A stretch of 64,000 nt of DNA from Sphyrna mokarran (GCA_024679065.1 JAGIQG010000040.1:6944001-7008000), one strand, 5' to 3'; shown: positions 49,306 to 63,429, numbered from the stretch's first letter. The notes: generated from the sequence alone by a model not told the origin. Translations and numbers: made by a program.

Positions 49306-52233
49306 TAAACGGGGCGAGAATCAGGGTAAGATATTTTGTAAGGAAGTCGGTGGAGTTTAAATGGATCAAATGGCCTCCTGCGCTGCAGGGATTCTATGAG
49401 GCCGGCCTGTAACTTCCTTGGCAAAAGAAACCGAATATGAAGGCATGTTGGCATCATGTCAACTGCCTTAATTTCCGGAGTCATGGTGGAGAACTTGTGT
49501 TGTACCCCTCTAAGTGCTTTCTGGGTTGTTCGTCCCCAGAATTGAACTCGATAACCAGTGATTTATACAACTGAAACAAAACTTTTACCTCCTTGTATCA
49601 GACTTCGCCCACCAGCGTCAAAACAAGTGCTCAATTTGTCTTTTAGCTATTGTAAACGTTGCCATTTAGCTTTGTAAATTCAATGTGAAGGGAAAGCCAA
49701 ACTCTACAGTTCCAATCATCTAATTATTTGTAACATAACTAGGATTTCATTTTTTTGTTTCAAATTGGACGTCATCACGTTTCTATATGGGATTTCATAT
49801 ATCATTGTGCACCCTCTGACCCCATTCCCACATTTGCAAAGGTTATATCCACTTTGCAGCTGTTTAATATTATATCGTCAGCAATTTTTGTTTATGGTTC
49901 TCCTTCATTATAACTCATTGATAAATATGTTGGAGACTGCCTGACAGAATTCAGACGTTCCCTTCGTGGTGGAGTCAATTCAATGGAAGTTGTTTCCATT
50001 AATCATTTAAAATTTCTCAGGAACGCCCCTGTCCAATTATTCTTCATTGTTACCCCATAACTGTCTTCTTTTATTCCTGGTACTATTCCAGTAAATATTA
50101 TTGTTGTTCTCCTGAAGTCTAAACATCCTGAATGATACAACTCAACATTGGTAACAACACTGAGTAATGGTATTTGAAACTTCCTCCACTACTGGCGGAG
50201 GACAGACTGGTGTGAAGATACGTAGTTTAATTTTTCCCTTTTCTGGGAAAAAAGAAAGTCGTACACTCTCCAGGAATTCATCTGCCACCGTAATGCTGCC
50301 AATTTTATTAGCTCAATCTGTGTGCAGATTAAAGTCACCAATGATTACTGTAACACCCATTGTTATGTACACCTCAGACTCCTTGTTTAAATGCCACACT
50401 CAACTTTGTCATTACAATCTGGAGGCTTGTAGAAAATTCACACTGTTTATCTGCCTCTTGTTGCTTCTTATCTCCACCCAGACTGAATCAACTTTTAGAT
50501 TTTATGACCTAATACTCTGTCGCACAATGCACTAATTTAATCCTTAAATAACAACACCTGTCATCTCTTTCCCTTTATGTTTGTCTTCTCTAAACATCGA
50601 GAACACTTGGTCATTCAGTTCCAAACATTGGCCATTTTGCAGCTAACTGTGGTTACAATGATGTCATACCCATTTATATCTATTTGCCTGTTTATTCATC
50701 TTCATTACCGTGAATGATCAGTGCAATCAGACATAGTGTTTTTAGACAAGCCCTTCTAACATTTTACACACGATGTTTTCTACAATAGCTTCATTTATTA
50801 CTTATTTTTGCTCCCTCTACTTTCTCTCTTGGTTTTATTTTATTTATTTCAGTTCACATTTGTTTGCCATTCTCCTGTCTCCACGCACAGTTCCCATTCC
50901 CAGCATTAGTAGCAAATAACTAATCGAGGATACCTATTGTTTTTTTTCCCTGCTGGAGTGCAGCCCATGCCGCTTGCACATGTCGCACCTTCTCGAGAAT
51001 CAGTTCTAATGCCTCCAGAAGCTAAATCTTTCCAACTTACACTTGTCATCTAATTCATCATTTGGTGTGTCTTGTTAGCCCTTCTCTTCCATATTAGCTG
51101 AAACTCTCTGCCACGGCGTTCCTGAACATTCTTGCAGGAAAATTACAGTTAACCCTGTAGGTGTGCCATTTTTCAACCGACCTCAACTGATGTCAATGCC
51201 CTTGTAATGTGAAAAATCCGTTGAAATATTCACAGCTCTCATATTAAAATATTTTACTTCGCTGCTGCTGCACTGACTATCCCGTAACAGCTGGAGTAAT
51301 CAAGAGATTGCTTTCTTCCATGTTTTCTTGCAGATGCCAATGCTATTTCAAAGTGCGTTCGTCGTCACTTCCCCTTATATGATTCTCTGAAAAATGTGTT
51401 GTGTTTTTTTTTTGCTTCACAATGTTATCTTCAGTATGCAGTGATGTTACTTCACACCACTGAGACAACCTGCCATGAGAAACTCATGTTTCTTTTTGCA
51501 GAAACACCAGTCAATTTGACTACCAACTTCCCCCAGGCATTTCAATTTTACACTTTCCGATTCCATCGTTTATTAAATAACTTCCTCAAAGTGCTATGCA
51601 CAAGCACTCGGCAGCACCAGACCAAGCTCTGCAAAGAGATCTGAATATGCAGTTTGCATATTGAGCTGCACTGGAGTTTCATTGGAACATTGCAGCAAGC
51701 CAAGGACAGACATGTGAGCATGGGAACCAGATCGTGTGTTAAAATGGCAAGCAACCGGATAGTCAGGGTCCTGATTTCACACAGACTGAAGATGCACAGC
51801 AAAGAGGTCACCTGTCTACGCTTGGTATCTTCGAAATAGAGGAGGCTACCTTGGCCTCATAAGGCATGGCACCCAATCCAGGCAATATCCTTTTAAATCT
51901 CCTCTGCGCCCTTTCAATAGCTTCTGCATCTTTCTTGTAATGAGGCGACAGAACTGCGCACAGTACTCCAAGTGGGGTCTGTGTATGGAAACGTTTTTGA
52001 CGATATATTGTTTTGTGGGTAGGAATAGTAAGTCAGAATAATAAAGTCAGTTAATATATTAACATATTACTTAATCTCTAAATATATGATATATTCAGTT
52101 AATATATAAATATATTATACGTAATATATTTATTATTGTATCTATATTTTCTGGATTGCTCCCTTGGATTGTATATCATCTGTCTCCTTAAATAACTCAC
52201 GTGGTTTAAATGCACTTTTTTCCTCCCCTGCAG

Positions 52234-52242
52234 GTGAAATAG
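52234..52242 (+). CDS. IgNAR: IgNAR TM2 exon coding part (VK*), giving a KVK cytoplasmic tail
   Basis: Strong polypyrimidine acceptor ttttttcctcccctgcAG followed by GTG AAA TAG, the canonical IgM-type TM2. Confidence 0.88.
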   Translation: MK

Positions 52243-53748
52243 CGGCTGCTTGGCTTGAAGAAAGTTCTATTCAAAGGGAACCTCTCTTTAATTCCGAACC
52301 CTGCTTGTGTCAAATTGTCTCACCATATCAGAAGTATCACTGCTCCACAGCGACCTCTCTTTATTTGTTCCTATCTATTCTCATCCAATCCACGTCATTT
52401 TTTTTGCTTCATTTTCTTTAATTGTCTCACAATGTTTGGTTAAGCATTTTTGGTTAAACAAAACAGTGTTTCGGAAAATCCCACTAAGCCAATTGAAATC
52501 AATTGTAAATACATTACTGAATGATGCGCTAAGTTGATTGTGCTTTTGAGATAGAAGTTGCCTTACTTAGCTCCTTTATATATTAAACTTTTGCAGTCAA
52601 ATTGAATTGAAAAATGTAAAATGATTAATGTCCTTACCACATCCTGAATACATCGATAAACCGCTGTTGTTGCAGAACTTGATCTTGGATGAGTTTATGC
52701 TCGTCAGTTGCAACCGAAGGTCGAAGCATTCTCTATGATTAAAAACACATTGGAGTAATCAACCAATGACATTCGTTGAGCAAATTGGAGACAGGATGCA
52801 CAAGAGGAATATGTTTTTCTCAAGTACAAACCTACTTTACAATCCTGTTGTGGAAGGAAATATTGTCTTTGTTTGGCCTTTTTTTCTCACAATTGGTAAC
52901 ATGTCATAGCTAAGCAAAACATGTTTGAATTAGAGACTGAAACATTTTCAAGTATTGTATTTGCATAGCTCACATGCAGAACCCAGAAGAGCACAAAATT
53001 GCATTATAGCTTAGCATAGGCACATGCTTAACATATACAACTGTTTCTGACACACTGACAAAACTCAACCCTTGCAGACACCAAACGGAATCGAAAGGCT
53101 GAAATGCCTTCTGATTAGCTACTCATATTTCTAAAGAAACAGCCATTTAAATGCTGATTCTTGATTCAAAGCATGCTTCTAAATTCTTCAGGAACCTTGC
53201 TATTTTATGATCAAGAATGCTTCCAGGCTAATTTCTCTGGGTATGAGCAAAATCATAATGCATTTTAAGAGCAACTGTTCTCAGTAATATAAGCTAGAAC
53301 CTGCAGCATATCCTGTGAAGCATATGCCCAAATCGAGAAAATAGGTTCTCTCCTGTATATAATTTTAGGCACCAATCCTAACTTTCCATGTACTTATCAA
53401 TTGTCATGTAAAATGAATGAACGTTATAAATTAGGAAAATTTTGTTTTTGCAGTGCAAATTTAATGCATTCTGCATAACAATTGGTCTTTATATTTGACA
53501 ATGTGTGACATGAACCTTAACTTGGTGGCTAATGATCGTTTGTTGATTTTACCTGAAATTTAATATTTACATTGACTTGTCTAAGTGAAATGACAGAAAT
53601 ATTGAAAATTTTTGCCCAATTGATGTACGTGTGGGTATTGCATATTCTCTTTAATAGACTTTGTACTCATCATTGTTTTCAATTTTGATGTAGTATTTTT
53701 GTGTAGAAGCAATTTCTAGACTGTCGAAAGGTAAATGACATAAAATGT

Positions 53749-53754
53749 AATAAA
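53749..53754 (+). terminator. Candidate polyA signal for the membrane-form mRNA (another at 53921-53926)
   Basis: AATAAA within the repeat-poor AT-rich stretch following TM2; cannot choose between candidates from sequence alone. Confidence 0.3.
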
Positions 53755-55142
53755 ATATGTGTTTTATACCAGATTCCGTGTTTCTTTCCATTGAATATAC
53801 CAGTTTATATCTAACACGTGCTTTTCTGTTAAACATAGTTGACGTTTTTGTGTGCTTCGATGATTAACTCAATGAATCTCATGCGTACACATTTTAAATG
53901 CTGAAACATAAAAAAGAACAAATAAAGCTCCAATACATAAAGTTTCAGACAACAACGAACTTCGTAAACGCCGTTCATTTGCAGAAGCCATTTAATGGAC
54001 CAGCACAGCATAGACTTGGACATGTTACATAAACGTTGGAAATAACCTTGAACGTTGAACACATCTATTAAGAAGTATAATATTTATTAAAACACATTTC
54101 ATGACTTCGATATCAAACTCAGAAGCTCCGCTCTGATAATTATTTTGATAAATTAAAAATCTGATTTACTATAGTCCACTTGCACTTTATATAAGCCATA
54201 CGGTGCAAAAAGCCACCAGTCCACCGAGCATGCAGTGACAACAATTCCACCTAAGCCTTAACACAGTATTTAGCCTGCTTTTGCCCTGAAACTAATGGGT
54301 AATTTGGCATGGCCAATGGACATAGCCTGTGCATTTTTCTAGTTCCGTAGAGTTCAAGTAATTAAGTATGTTTTGCAGGAGTACAACATGAGACGAATAT
54401 GCCAATTTAGAACAGGAATGGGAATGAAATTAGAATGTCAGTGCAGTTGGGAAACATTAATTTGTTCTCTGGATATTGATACGTAGGTCATCATTTATTG
54501 ACCACATCTAAATACCTTTTAAACAGTGGTGGCGGTCGTGTTCATTGAACTGCTGTGGTCCATGTGGTTCAGGTATAACCTCACTGATATTCGGAAGGCA
54601 ACTAGAAGAGTTTTGCCCAACAACAATAAATGAAAGACAAATTATTTGAGAGACAGAAATGTGTGGGTTGCGGAACGGAAGATGCTGTCATAGTGAACCT
54701 GGTATGTTGTTGCAGTATGCATCTTGTCTTGGTGCATACTGCTGACACTGCCTGTCGCTGATTGAGGGAGTGAATGAATAAAGTGGTAGAGAGAGTACCA
54801 ATCTTCCTGGATGTTGTTGGGTTACTGAATATTGTTGGAGCTGCATTCACCCAGGTATTTGACAAGTATTCCATCACACTCCTGAGGTGCAGCTGTGGAT
54901 GATAGGGAGTCCTAAACTGATTTGCTGACAGCACAGTACACAGTCTGTGAACTGTCTTCCTGATAAGATCCAATTGGCTAGCTCAGTTCAGTTTCTCAAC
55001 TGTAGTAATCACTGAAGGAAATTTTAGCATGATAAATGAGATTAGTCAGCAGGTCTGGAGATGTTGGAAATGGCTTTTGGCTGACACTTGTATGGAACGA
55101 ATATTACTTGCCTTTTATCAGTTCAAACCTGGATATCATTTA

Positions 55143-55448
55143 ATCATAGAATCACTTCAGCACAGAAAGAGACCATTCTGCCCATCAAGTCTGTACCAAC
55201 CACAATCTCACCCAGGCCCTATTTAGTTTCACTGCTAATTCCCCTGACACTCGAGTTAAATGAGCATGGCCGATCAACCAAACTCGAACATCTTTGGGCT
55301 GTGAAGGAAACCGGAGCACCCAGAGGAAACCCACGCAGACATGGAGAGAAAGTGTAAACTCCACATAGACAGTGACTCGAGGCCGGATTGAACCTATATC
55401 CCTAGGGCGGTGAGGCAGCAGTAGTAACCACTGTGATGGCGTGCCGCC
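55143..55448 (-). mobile_element. HE1/V-SINE-like SINE
   Basis: Shared head, core and tail. Confidence 0.82.
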
Positions 55449-55719
55449 TTGCTTCGTATTGTCCACACCTTCCAGAACAGGAAAGTGACAGGTTTAATAT
55501 TGGGTCAGCTGCTATATTGGCAAGATTCAAAAGATTTTCTGTTTTCCATCAGCGCCTGATGGCTGCCCAGTTTTTTTAGCGGCTAGATCTTCCATGATTG
55601 CAAGTGTCACATATCAGCATTTTCACTATTAAGGTTTTGTTTCAAGCTATGTTTCAAATTGCCATTTACTCCTTGGAACGAGTCTTCAAATCTGCCTCGT
55701 ACATCTTCTTTAAAGGAGA

Positions 55720-56090
55720 ATTTTGTACAAGATTATGAAGGGTACAGATAGAGTAAACAGTGGTAAGCTTTTTCCTAGCTTGGACTCAAACATCACGAGG
55801 GGCCACGGGCTTAGGGTGAGGGGGGCAAGGCATAATTTGGATGCTAGAGTCAGTTTTTTCACACAGAGGTTTGTAGGGGTATGGAACGCACTGCCAAGTA
55901 AGATGATGGAGGCAGGCACGCTGAAGTTATTTACGAGGTACTTAGATGAGCAGAATAGGGATGGAGGGATATAGAAGACTGATTTAAAATAGACATCACG
56001 AGCCTTGGGACGTTCCTGGAAATTGCGTAAGTTGTACATGATATTGATGTATTTCTCTTTTACCCTACAGGCATTTCGGTCCTCCTTGTT
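55720..56090 (+). mobile_element. CR1-clade LINE 3' end, distinct subfamily
   Basis: ORF 55723-55974 YKIMKG.DRV...TRGH...FFTQR.V..WN.LP with a different 3' UTR. Confidence 0.8.
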
Positions 56091-56800
56091 GTCCAATAAG
56101 GGGCATACACGCGACGGGTCGTGAGAGGGCTGCTCTTGGATTTTTCGAGACTTGCCTAGTGCTTCACATCGTTAGTGTACGCTTGAACTGGACCAGTTGA
56201 TGGGCAACACAATGACTATAACTGTTGCTGTGCAGATACATGGATTTGGGCCGCTTTCTGTGGGAGTTTGCGCATTCTCTCCGTGCTTGCGTGGGTTTCC
56301 TCAGGGCGCTCCGGTTTCCTCCTACACCCTAAAGATATGCTCTTAGGCTGATTGGCAAAACAAATTCTCCCTAAATTGTATCGCTAATTTAGTTCCAATG
56401 CAGATTTCTATGAACATAGACAAGGATCATGAGTGGAAGTGGGAACATCGGGGTGGCGGCATGGGCTTTTCGGGCTGAAGGGCCTGTTTCCCGTGCTGTG
56501 TTGTTCTTTTAAACCTTACTCCTTGCACCTTAAACCCATGCCCGCGAGTAATTGACTCTTACGCATGGGAAAACGTTTCTGACTATCCACTCTATCCGTG
56601 CCTCTCATAATCTTGTAGACTTCTTTCTAATCACCCCTCAACCACGACATTAGAGTGAAAACAATCCAAATTTCTCCAACCTCTCCTCATAGCTAATGCT
56701 CTCCATACCAGGCAGATCCTGGTAAATCTTTTCTGTATCCTCTCCAAAGCCTCCACATCTTTCTGGCAGTGTGGCGACCAGGATTGAACACCACAGGATT

Positions 56801-57685
56801 GTGGTAGATAGTGAAGAGGGGTGTTTCAGTTTACAGAGTGACTTGGACAAGTTGCAGAGCTGGGCCGAGAGGTGGCAAATGGAGTTTAATGTGGAAAAGT
56901 GTGAGGTAATGCACTTTGGCAGGAACAATAAATGTGTAGAGTATAGGGCTAATGGTAGGGCTCTTAATAGTGTTGAGGAACAGAAGGATCTTGGTGTATG
57001 TGTCAATAGATCCCTGAAAGTAGGCAGTCAAGTGGATAAAGTTGTTAAGAAGGCATATGGAGTCTTAGCTTTTATTGGTAGGGGGATTGAATTTAGGAGC
57101 CGCAGCATCATGTTGCAACTGTACAAAACTCTAGTGCGGCCGCACTTGGAGTATTGTGTGCAGTTCTGGTCCCCACATTATAAGAAAGATGTGGAGGCAT
57201 TGGAGAGGGTACAGAGGAGGTTTACCAGGATGTTGCCTGGTATGGAGGGCAGGTCCTATGAAGAGAGGTTGAAGGATTTGAGGTTGTTTTCGTTAGAAAG
57301 GAGGCGGCTAAGAGGGGATCTTATTGAAGCATATAAGATGATTAGAGGTTTAGATAGGGTGGACAGTGATAGCCTTTTTCCTAGGATGGAGAAAGCTAGC
57401 ACGAGGGGACACAGCTTTAAATTAAGGGGTATGAGTTATAGGACGGATATCAGAGGTAGGTTCTTTACTCAAAGAGTGATTAGGGAGTGGAATGCCCTGC
57501 CTGCAGCTGTTGTAGATGCGCCAAGTTTGGTGGCGTTTAAGAGGTTAGTTGATAAGTATATGGATGAGAAGGGAATGGTTTAGTTAGGAGGGGCATTGCT
57601 TTTTATTTGGTCGGCACAACATCGAAGGCCGAAGGGCCTGTTCTGTGCTGTATTGTTCTATGTTCTATGTTCTATGTTCTATGTT
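56801..57685 (+). mobile_element. Very young CR1 LINE (subfamily A) nested in an antiparallel older CR1 (56511-56800 / 57686-57712)
   Basis: Uninterrupted ORF to 57583, (GTTCTAT)n tail, host resumes CCAAATGCGGCCTAACTAA. Confidence 0.94.
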
Positions 57686-57989
57686 CCAAATGCGGCCTAA
57701 CTAAGTGTTCTAATTGTTCTATAAAGCCAAACAGAAGAAATCTAACCCGGCCAATAAATCATCGATCATCAGTAAAGTAATGGAATGGGACATTAACAGT
57801 GCTCTCAAAAGCACTGACTCCGAATTAAGCTGCTTACAAAAGTTCAGTTTCACTGTATTTCAGGAATCACTCAGCTCCTAATATCATTCAAGTTTGAAGT
57901 TTATTTATTAATGTCATAAATAGGCTTGCGGTAACATTGCAATTAAATTGCTGTCAAAATATCCAATACAATCTCAATGCAAGAATGCA

Positions 57990-58720
57990 CAAAGCAGCTG
58001 ATTACCAAGCGGGAAGTGACATCAACTGCACTTAGCATCGAAGCAGCATTTGGCAGAGTATGGCATCAAGGAGACCGAACAAAAAAATGAGACAATGGAA
58101 ATTGGGGTGGCGGAGGTTTGGGGGGTTGGGGGGTGGCAATGGGCTCTGCTGGTTCAAGTATTCCTGGAACCAAGTAAGATGGTTGTGGTGACTGACAGTT
58201 AATTATCTCAGCTCCAAGTCATCATCATAGCATTGCACAGGTTATTGTCTCAGGCCAAGCTATCTTCAGCTGTTTCATCAATGGCCGGCCATCCATCATG
58301 AGGTCAGAAGAGTGGGTGTTCGCTAATGATTGCACAATGTTCAGTATTATTAGTGGCTTCTCGGATACTGAAGCAGACTATGTCCAAAAATAGCAAAGCA
58401 TATCCAGGTTTAGGCGACAAGTCGCAATATTCACACTATTCAGATTGCAGGCAATAAAAATGTCCAACATGGGAGATTTAAACATTGATTTTTGATACTC
58501 AATGCCATTACCATTGCTGAATTCCCCACTATCAAAATCCTTTTGCTTACTATTAAACAGAAACTGAACTGGATTAACCATATAAAATTTGTTGCGAACG
58601 GAGCAGGTAAAGGACTAAGAATCCTGTGGTGAATATCTCACATCCTGAATTCCCAATCTCTGTCCGTTATCCACAATATACAAGTTCGAATTGAGTGCAC
58701 TTCCAACAAGAGTAAATGAA
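57990..58720 (+). mobile_element. Decayed L2/Crack-like LINE RT fragment
   Basis: Degenerate 'AAF.RVWHQG' and 'FA.D' RT motifs. Confidence 0.5.
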
Positions 58721-58893
58721 ATGACATTATTCAGGAAGAATCAGCTCGCCTGATACCCCACCCACAAACATTGAACTCCTTCATCACTTCCGAATCGTGC
58801 AAAAATAAGTTGCACTGCAGAAAGTCCCTCCGGTTTAATCTGCAGAACCTTGCAAAAGCGTAACGAATGCCATCTGAAAGGGTATGAACAGCA

Positions 58894-59200
58894 GGGTGAC
58901 ACGGTAGCGCATGTGGTTCGCACTGCTTCCTCACAATGTCGGAGACCTGTGTTCAATTCCCGACTTGGGCAACTTTGCACATTTGGGTGGAGTTTGCACA
59001 TTTTCCCTGTGTCTGTGTGCATTTCATCTAGGTGTCCCGTTTCCTCCAACATTTCAAAGATGTGCAGGTCCTGTGAATTGGCCATGCTAAGTAGTCCCTT
59101 GGTGTGAGAGAGATTAGCAGGTTAAATACATGGATTAGAATGGAATTGTTGTCGGCACATAGTCAACATGCCGAATGGCCTCATTTTGCATTGTAGGTTT
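58894..59200 (+). mobile_element. HE1/V-SINE-like SINE
   Basis: Shared head and core. Confidence 0.8.
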
Positions 59201-60535
59201 TCCAAGTTACTTTGGAGGACAAACACATGAGTGTTTCACTCTTTGAGTGAATCACTATTCTGACGTGAAAATATATTGTCGTTTCCTCACTGTTGCTGAT
59301 TCAAAGTCCTGAAATTCCACCCCTAATGGCACAATTGTGTAACTAAATCTCGGGGACTGCAGCGGTTCAAGATTGCACCTGATGACTTGCACCTCAACGG
59401 TACCTAAGAATTGATAATGAAAGGGGGCCTTTCTTTAACCAAATTCCGCAAAAGAATAGTAAATATTATTGCCTCACCAAAAATTTTCAACACACACGCA
59501 ACCATTGCAAAAATTTGTAACATGTTGCACAGATGTCCTTTCAAATATCTAACAGCAAGTCATCTAAGCGAGATTAAAACTTAATTCATATATCAATTAC
59601 AGTTTAATTTGCAACTATGTTAGAACTGGATTATATAGCATTCAAACAGTGAATATGTAAGTAGATGTTTGGGTTAATGATGCACCATCGAGAAAAGCTA
59701 ATAGTCTGTTTGACGAGACAAATGAATAAAGAGAGAGGGTGAGAGAGAGATAGAGGATGAAGGAGGAGCACAATAGATAGTTTTGTACACTGTAAACAGT
59801 TATGAAAGAGTAGTAATAAATAAGGTTGAAATAGTATGTGTATATGTCTGCAGTCTTTCCAAGAATTAAGAACCACGCTGAGGCAGAATTCAGTGCCAAG
59901 GAAATCAACGCCAGCACATACGCTTGCTTGGAACTTTCTCGAGTACCTTTGACCCAACGTTGAATGCCATCACTATCAGCCTTGATGCTGCTGCAATGAA
60001 ATTTCCTGATACCAGTGTTTTCCCTATTTGGAGCAAATTTATGACTAGTCCAGGGTTGGTACAAGTACTGAACATGCGCAAATTACAAGTTACTATGTGA
60101 TTCAACCTTGTACTTTGAAGGATGCTGAGAAAGTATCAGTTATTTCATGTTACCACAGTTAATAAACAATCAGAAAAGAAAGAAAAAAATCCAATTGGAG
60201 GCGAATAGACAGAGCTGAAAAATCATCAATGATGTACTCGTAATTTCTAAATGTATTGCCGTTCACCAATTTGCTTCAAACCCTGAGCCAATAAAATGGA
60301 TGATGTGTATTGCCAGGACACTAATGAACTTTGTTTTTGATGTGCATGTATTAAAATGCTACTTTATATATTACAGCTTTTTTGGCTACCCTGTGACCAA
60401 TTACTGTTCCTTCAATGTTATACCAACACAAGGTGATGAAAAAAATCACTCAGGTCTCACAGTCTTTTCTTCATTCAATGAGGGTGTATTAAGCCAGATT
60501 TCCCACTAAGAATTCGTCTTGTCCACTCGAAAGTA

Positions 60536-60775
60536 GAAAGAGACAAACAGAGGCAAGGAGACAGCGCAGGCATACAGAAACAGAGGCACAGAGACTGGTA
60601 CATAAGTACCGAGAGACAGATACAAGGAAACAGAGTGAGCGAGAGAGAGAAAAAGCGAGAGAAAGAGAAAGAGAGAGAGAGAGATAGACAGAGAGAGGAG
60701 AGAAAAAAGCGAGAGGAGAAAAGTACAAGAGACAGGGAGAAGAGAGAGAGGGAGAGATTGGGAAAATGGATAAGA
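60536..60775. repeat. GA-rich low-complexity / (GA)n region
   Basis: Polypurine tract with degenerate GAGA units. Confidence 0.85.
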
Positions 60776-61144
60776 TATATTTGGTCACTCTGTAACCAGT
60801 TTTGAATTGGCATTAATAATTAAGTATTGAGTAGATCCAAGAGCATGTCGGCAGTCTTTCCACAAAACAACAAACATGCCACGCCGAATCCAAGGCAAAA
60901 GGAAAAATCCCAAAACAGTAACTTGTTTGGAGTTTCTTCCGTTTTACTCGTGTAAATTCGACCAAAAGTCTAATGCCATTCCAATTAATCCAAATGATGT
61001 TTCAACGCAATTTACTGCAAACAGTGTTCATACTTTTTGAGCATGATTGTTTCATTAAAGGACAATGAACAAAATGTTTGTGTGCTATATTGACACAAAA
61101 GCTGTGTAGTTGAAAATGACTGGGCTCATGTAGGTGGCATGTAA

Positions 61145-62470
61145 AACATAGAACATAGAACATTACAGCACAGAACAGGCCCTTCGGCCTTCGATGTTGC
61201 GCCGACCAATATAAAAAGCAACGCCCCTCCAAACTAAACCATTCCCATCTCTTCCATATACTTAAACGCCACCAAACTTGGCGCATCTACAACCGCTGCA
61301 GGCAGGGCATTCCACTCCCGAACCACCCTTTGGGTAAAGAACCTGCCTCTGATATCCATCCTATAACTATCACCCCTTAATTTAAAGCTGTGTCCCCTCG
61401 TGCTAGCTTTTTCCATCCTAGGAAAAAGGCTATCACTGTCCACCCTATCTAAACCTCTAATCATCTTATATGTTTCGATCAGGTCCCCTCTTAGCCTCCT
61501 CCTTCCTAACGAAAACAACCTCAAATCCCTCAGCCTCTCCTCATAAGACCTGCCCTCCATACCAGGCAACATCCTGGTAAACCTCCTCTGTACCCTCTCC
61601 AATGCCTCCACATCTTTCTTATAATGTGGGACCAGAACTGCACACAATACTCCAAGTGCGGCCGCACTAGAGTTTTGTACAGTTGCAACATGACGTTGCG
61701 GCTCCGAAATTCAATCCATCTACCAATAAAAGCCAAGACTCCATATGCCTTCCTAACAACCTTCTCGACCTGACTGCCTACTTTCAGGGATCTATGCACA
61801 TACACACCAAGATCCCTCTGTTCATCTAGACTACTAAGAATCCTACCATTTGCCCTATACTCTACACATTTATTATTTCTGCCATAGTGCATTACCTCAC
61901 ACTTTTCCACATTAAACTCCATTTGCCACCTCTCGGCCCAGCTCTGCAACTTGTCCAAGTCCCTCTGCAAACTATAACACCCCTCTTCACTATCTACCAC
62001 TCCACCGACTTTAGTGTCATCTGCAAATTTACTAATCCATCCTTCAATACCCTCATCCAGATCATTTATAAAAATTACAAACAGCAGGGGCCCCAAAACA
62101 GACCCCTGAGGTACACCACTTGTCACCGAACTCCAAGATGAATATCTCCCATCAACCACCACCCTCTGTCTTCTATCTGCTAGCCAATTCCTAACCCAAT
62201 TAGCTAAATCACCCTCTATCCCATACATCTGCATTTTCTGCAGAAGTCTTCCATGGGCCACCTTATCAAACGCCTTACTAAAGTCCATATATACCACATC
62301 AACCGCCTTACCCCCATCCACCTCCTTAGTCACTTTTTCAAAAAACTCAATGAGGTTAGTAAGGCACGACCTACCCTTCACAAAACCATGCTGACTATCT
62401 CCAATCAATTCATTACTCTCTAAATAACTATAAATCCGATCCCTAATTATTCTCTCCAACACTTTGCCCA
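61145..62470 (-). mobile_element. Young CR1 LINE (subfamily B), inserted into the 5' end of a SINE
   Basis: ORF 61530-62471 (313 aa RT), 1-bp frameshift, 15-bp deletion near the 3' end; ATGTA at both flanks. Confidence 0.95.
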
Positions 62471-62476
62471 AATGTA

Positions 62477-62797
62477 GGTAGCACAGTGGTTAGGTCTGCT
62501 GCTCTACAGCTCCAGGTCGATTCCCGGCTTGGGTCACGGCCTGTACGGATGTTGCACATTCGCCTCGTGTCGGCGCGGGTTTCCTCTGGGTTCTCCAGTT
62601 TCCATTCTCAGTCCAAAGATGTACGGGTTAGGTTGACTGGCCTTGCTAAAAATTGTCTCTTAGAGTCCTGAAATGCGTAAGTGAGATGGATTGGCGCTAA
62701 ATATCTCGGGAAATCGGGGTAGAGCCTGGGTGGTTCTGTGGTTGGTGCAGACTCGATGGACCAAATGGCCTCCTTCTGCACTGTAGGGATTCTATGA
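62477..62797 (+). mobile_element. HE1/V-SINE-like SINE
   Basis: GGTAGCACAGTGGTTAG head, core, GGATTCTATG tail. Confidence 0.88.
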
Positions 62798-63212
62798 TGT
62801 GCAATTTAAAGTTGAAATTTGTTGAAAGAATCAGCCATTTGTTCACATCCTATGTAATTAATAAAGTTCCTGCAAACAAAATGCGTTTAAACTTGAACAT
62901 TTGAAAGTAATGAATTCAAAGTCCAGTTGTAAATGAATAAACGGCGCAAAAGTTGTCTGATGCTATCTTCGAAATCTATTAAAGTGTTGCTGTTGAACAA
63001 CTTGCATCAAACCGTTCACATGATCCTAAAAACCACCAAGCAATTTCCCAATGCACAACAACAATCGCGCTAGCTAAAAGCAGCAGTTTAACAAGGAAGG
63101 ATTAACACAGAACGTAGCACCACAGAAACTGAATTCAGGAGAATGCATTTTGCTGTTATCCTAAAACACAATCGTGATACATGGCATTGCGGTGAAGAAC
63201 AAAACTAAATCA

Positions 63213-63429
63213 AATATATGGGATCCAATGGGATTGGGGGTTATAGATAGGTCTATGGCTGGGTAGGTTTTGATGTGTTCGGCACAACTTGTGGGCTGAA
63301 GGGCCTGTTTGTGCTGTAGTAGAACATAGAACATAGAATATTACAGCACAGAACAGGCCCTTCGGCCTTCGATGTTGCGCCGACCAATATAAAAAGCAAT
63401 GACCCTCTATGTGTTCTATGATCTATGTT
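63213..63429. mobile_element. CR1 subfamily D tail (+) with a subfamily B tail (63320-63408) inserted antiparallel
   Basis: Matches 32288-32410 and 4752-4840 respectively. Confidence 0.85.

Larger units (their letters stand above)
18385..52242 (+). other. IgNAR: IgNAR heavy-chain gene cluster, germline configuration L-V-D1-D2-D3-D4-J-C1-C2-C3-C4-C5/sec-TM1-TM2
   Basis: VNAR-type V domain (short, CDR2-deleted), RSS-flanked D/J segments, five C1-set constant exons, secretory tailpiece and CART-motif TM exons, all colinear on + strand with compatible splice phases. Confidence 0.97.

Noticed and set aside
60475-60813. Leu/Ser-rich hydrophobic ORFs
   Set aside because: Translation artefacts of the GA/TC low-complexity tract
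48146-62471. 270-313 aa RT ORFs as host genes or autonomous elements
   Set aside because: 5'-truncated CR1 ORF2 fragments lacking endonuclease and ORF1, some frameshifted
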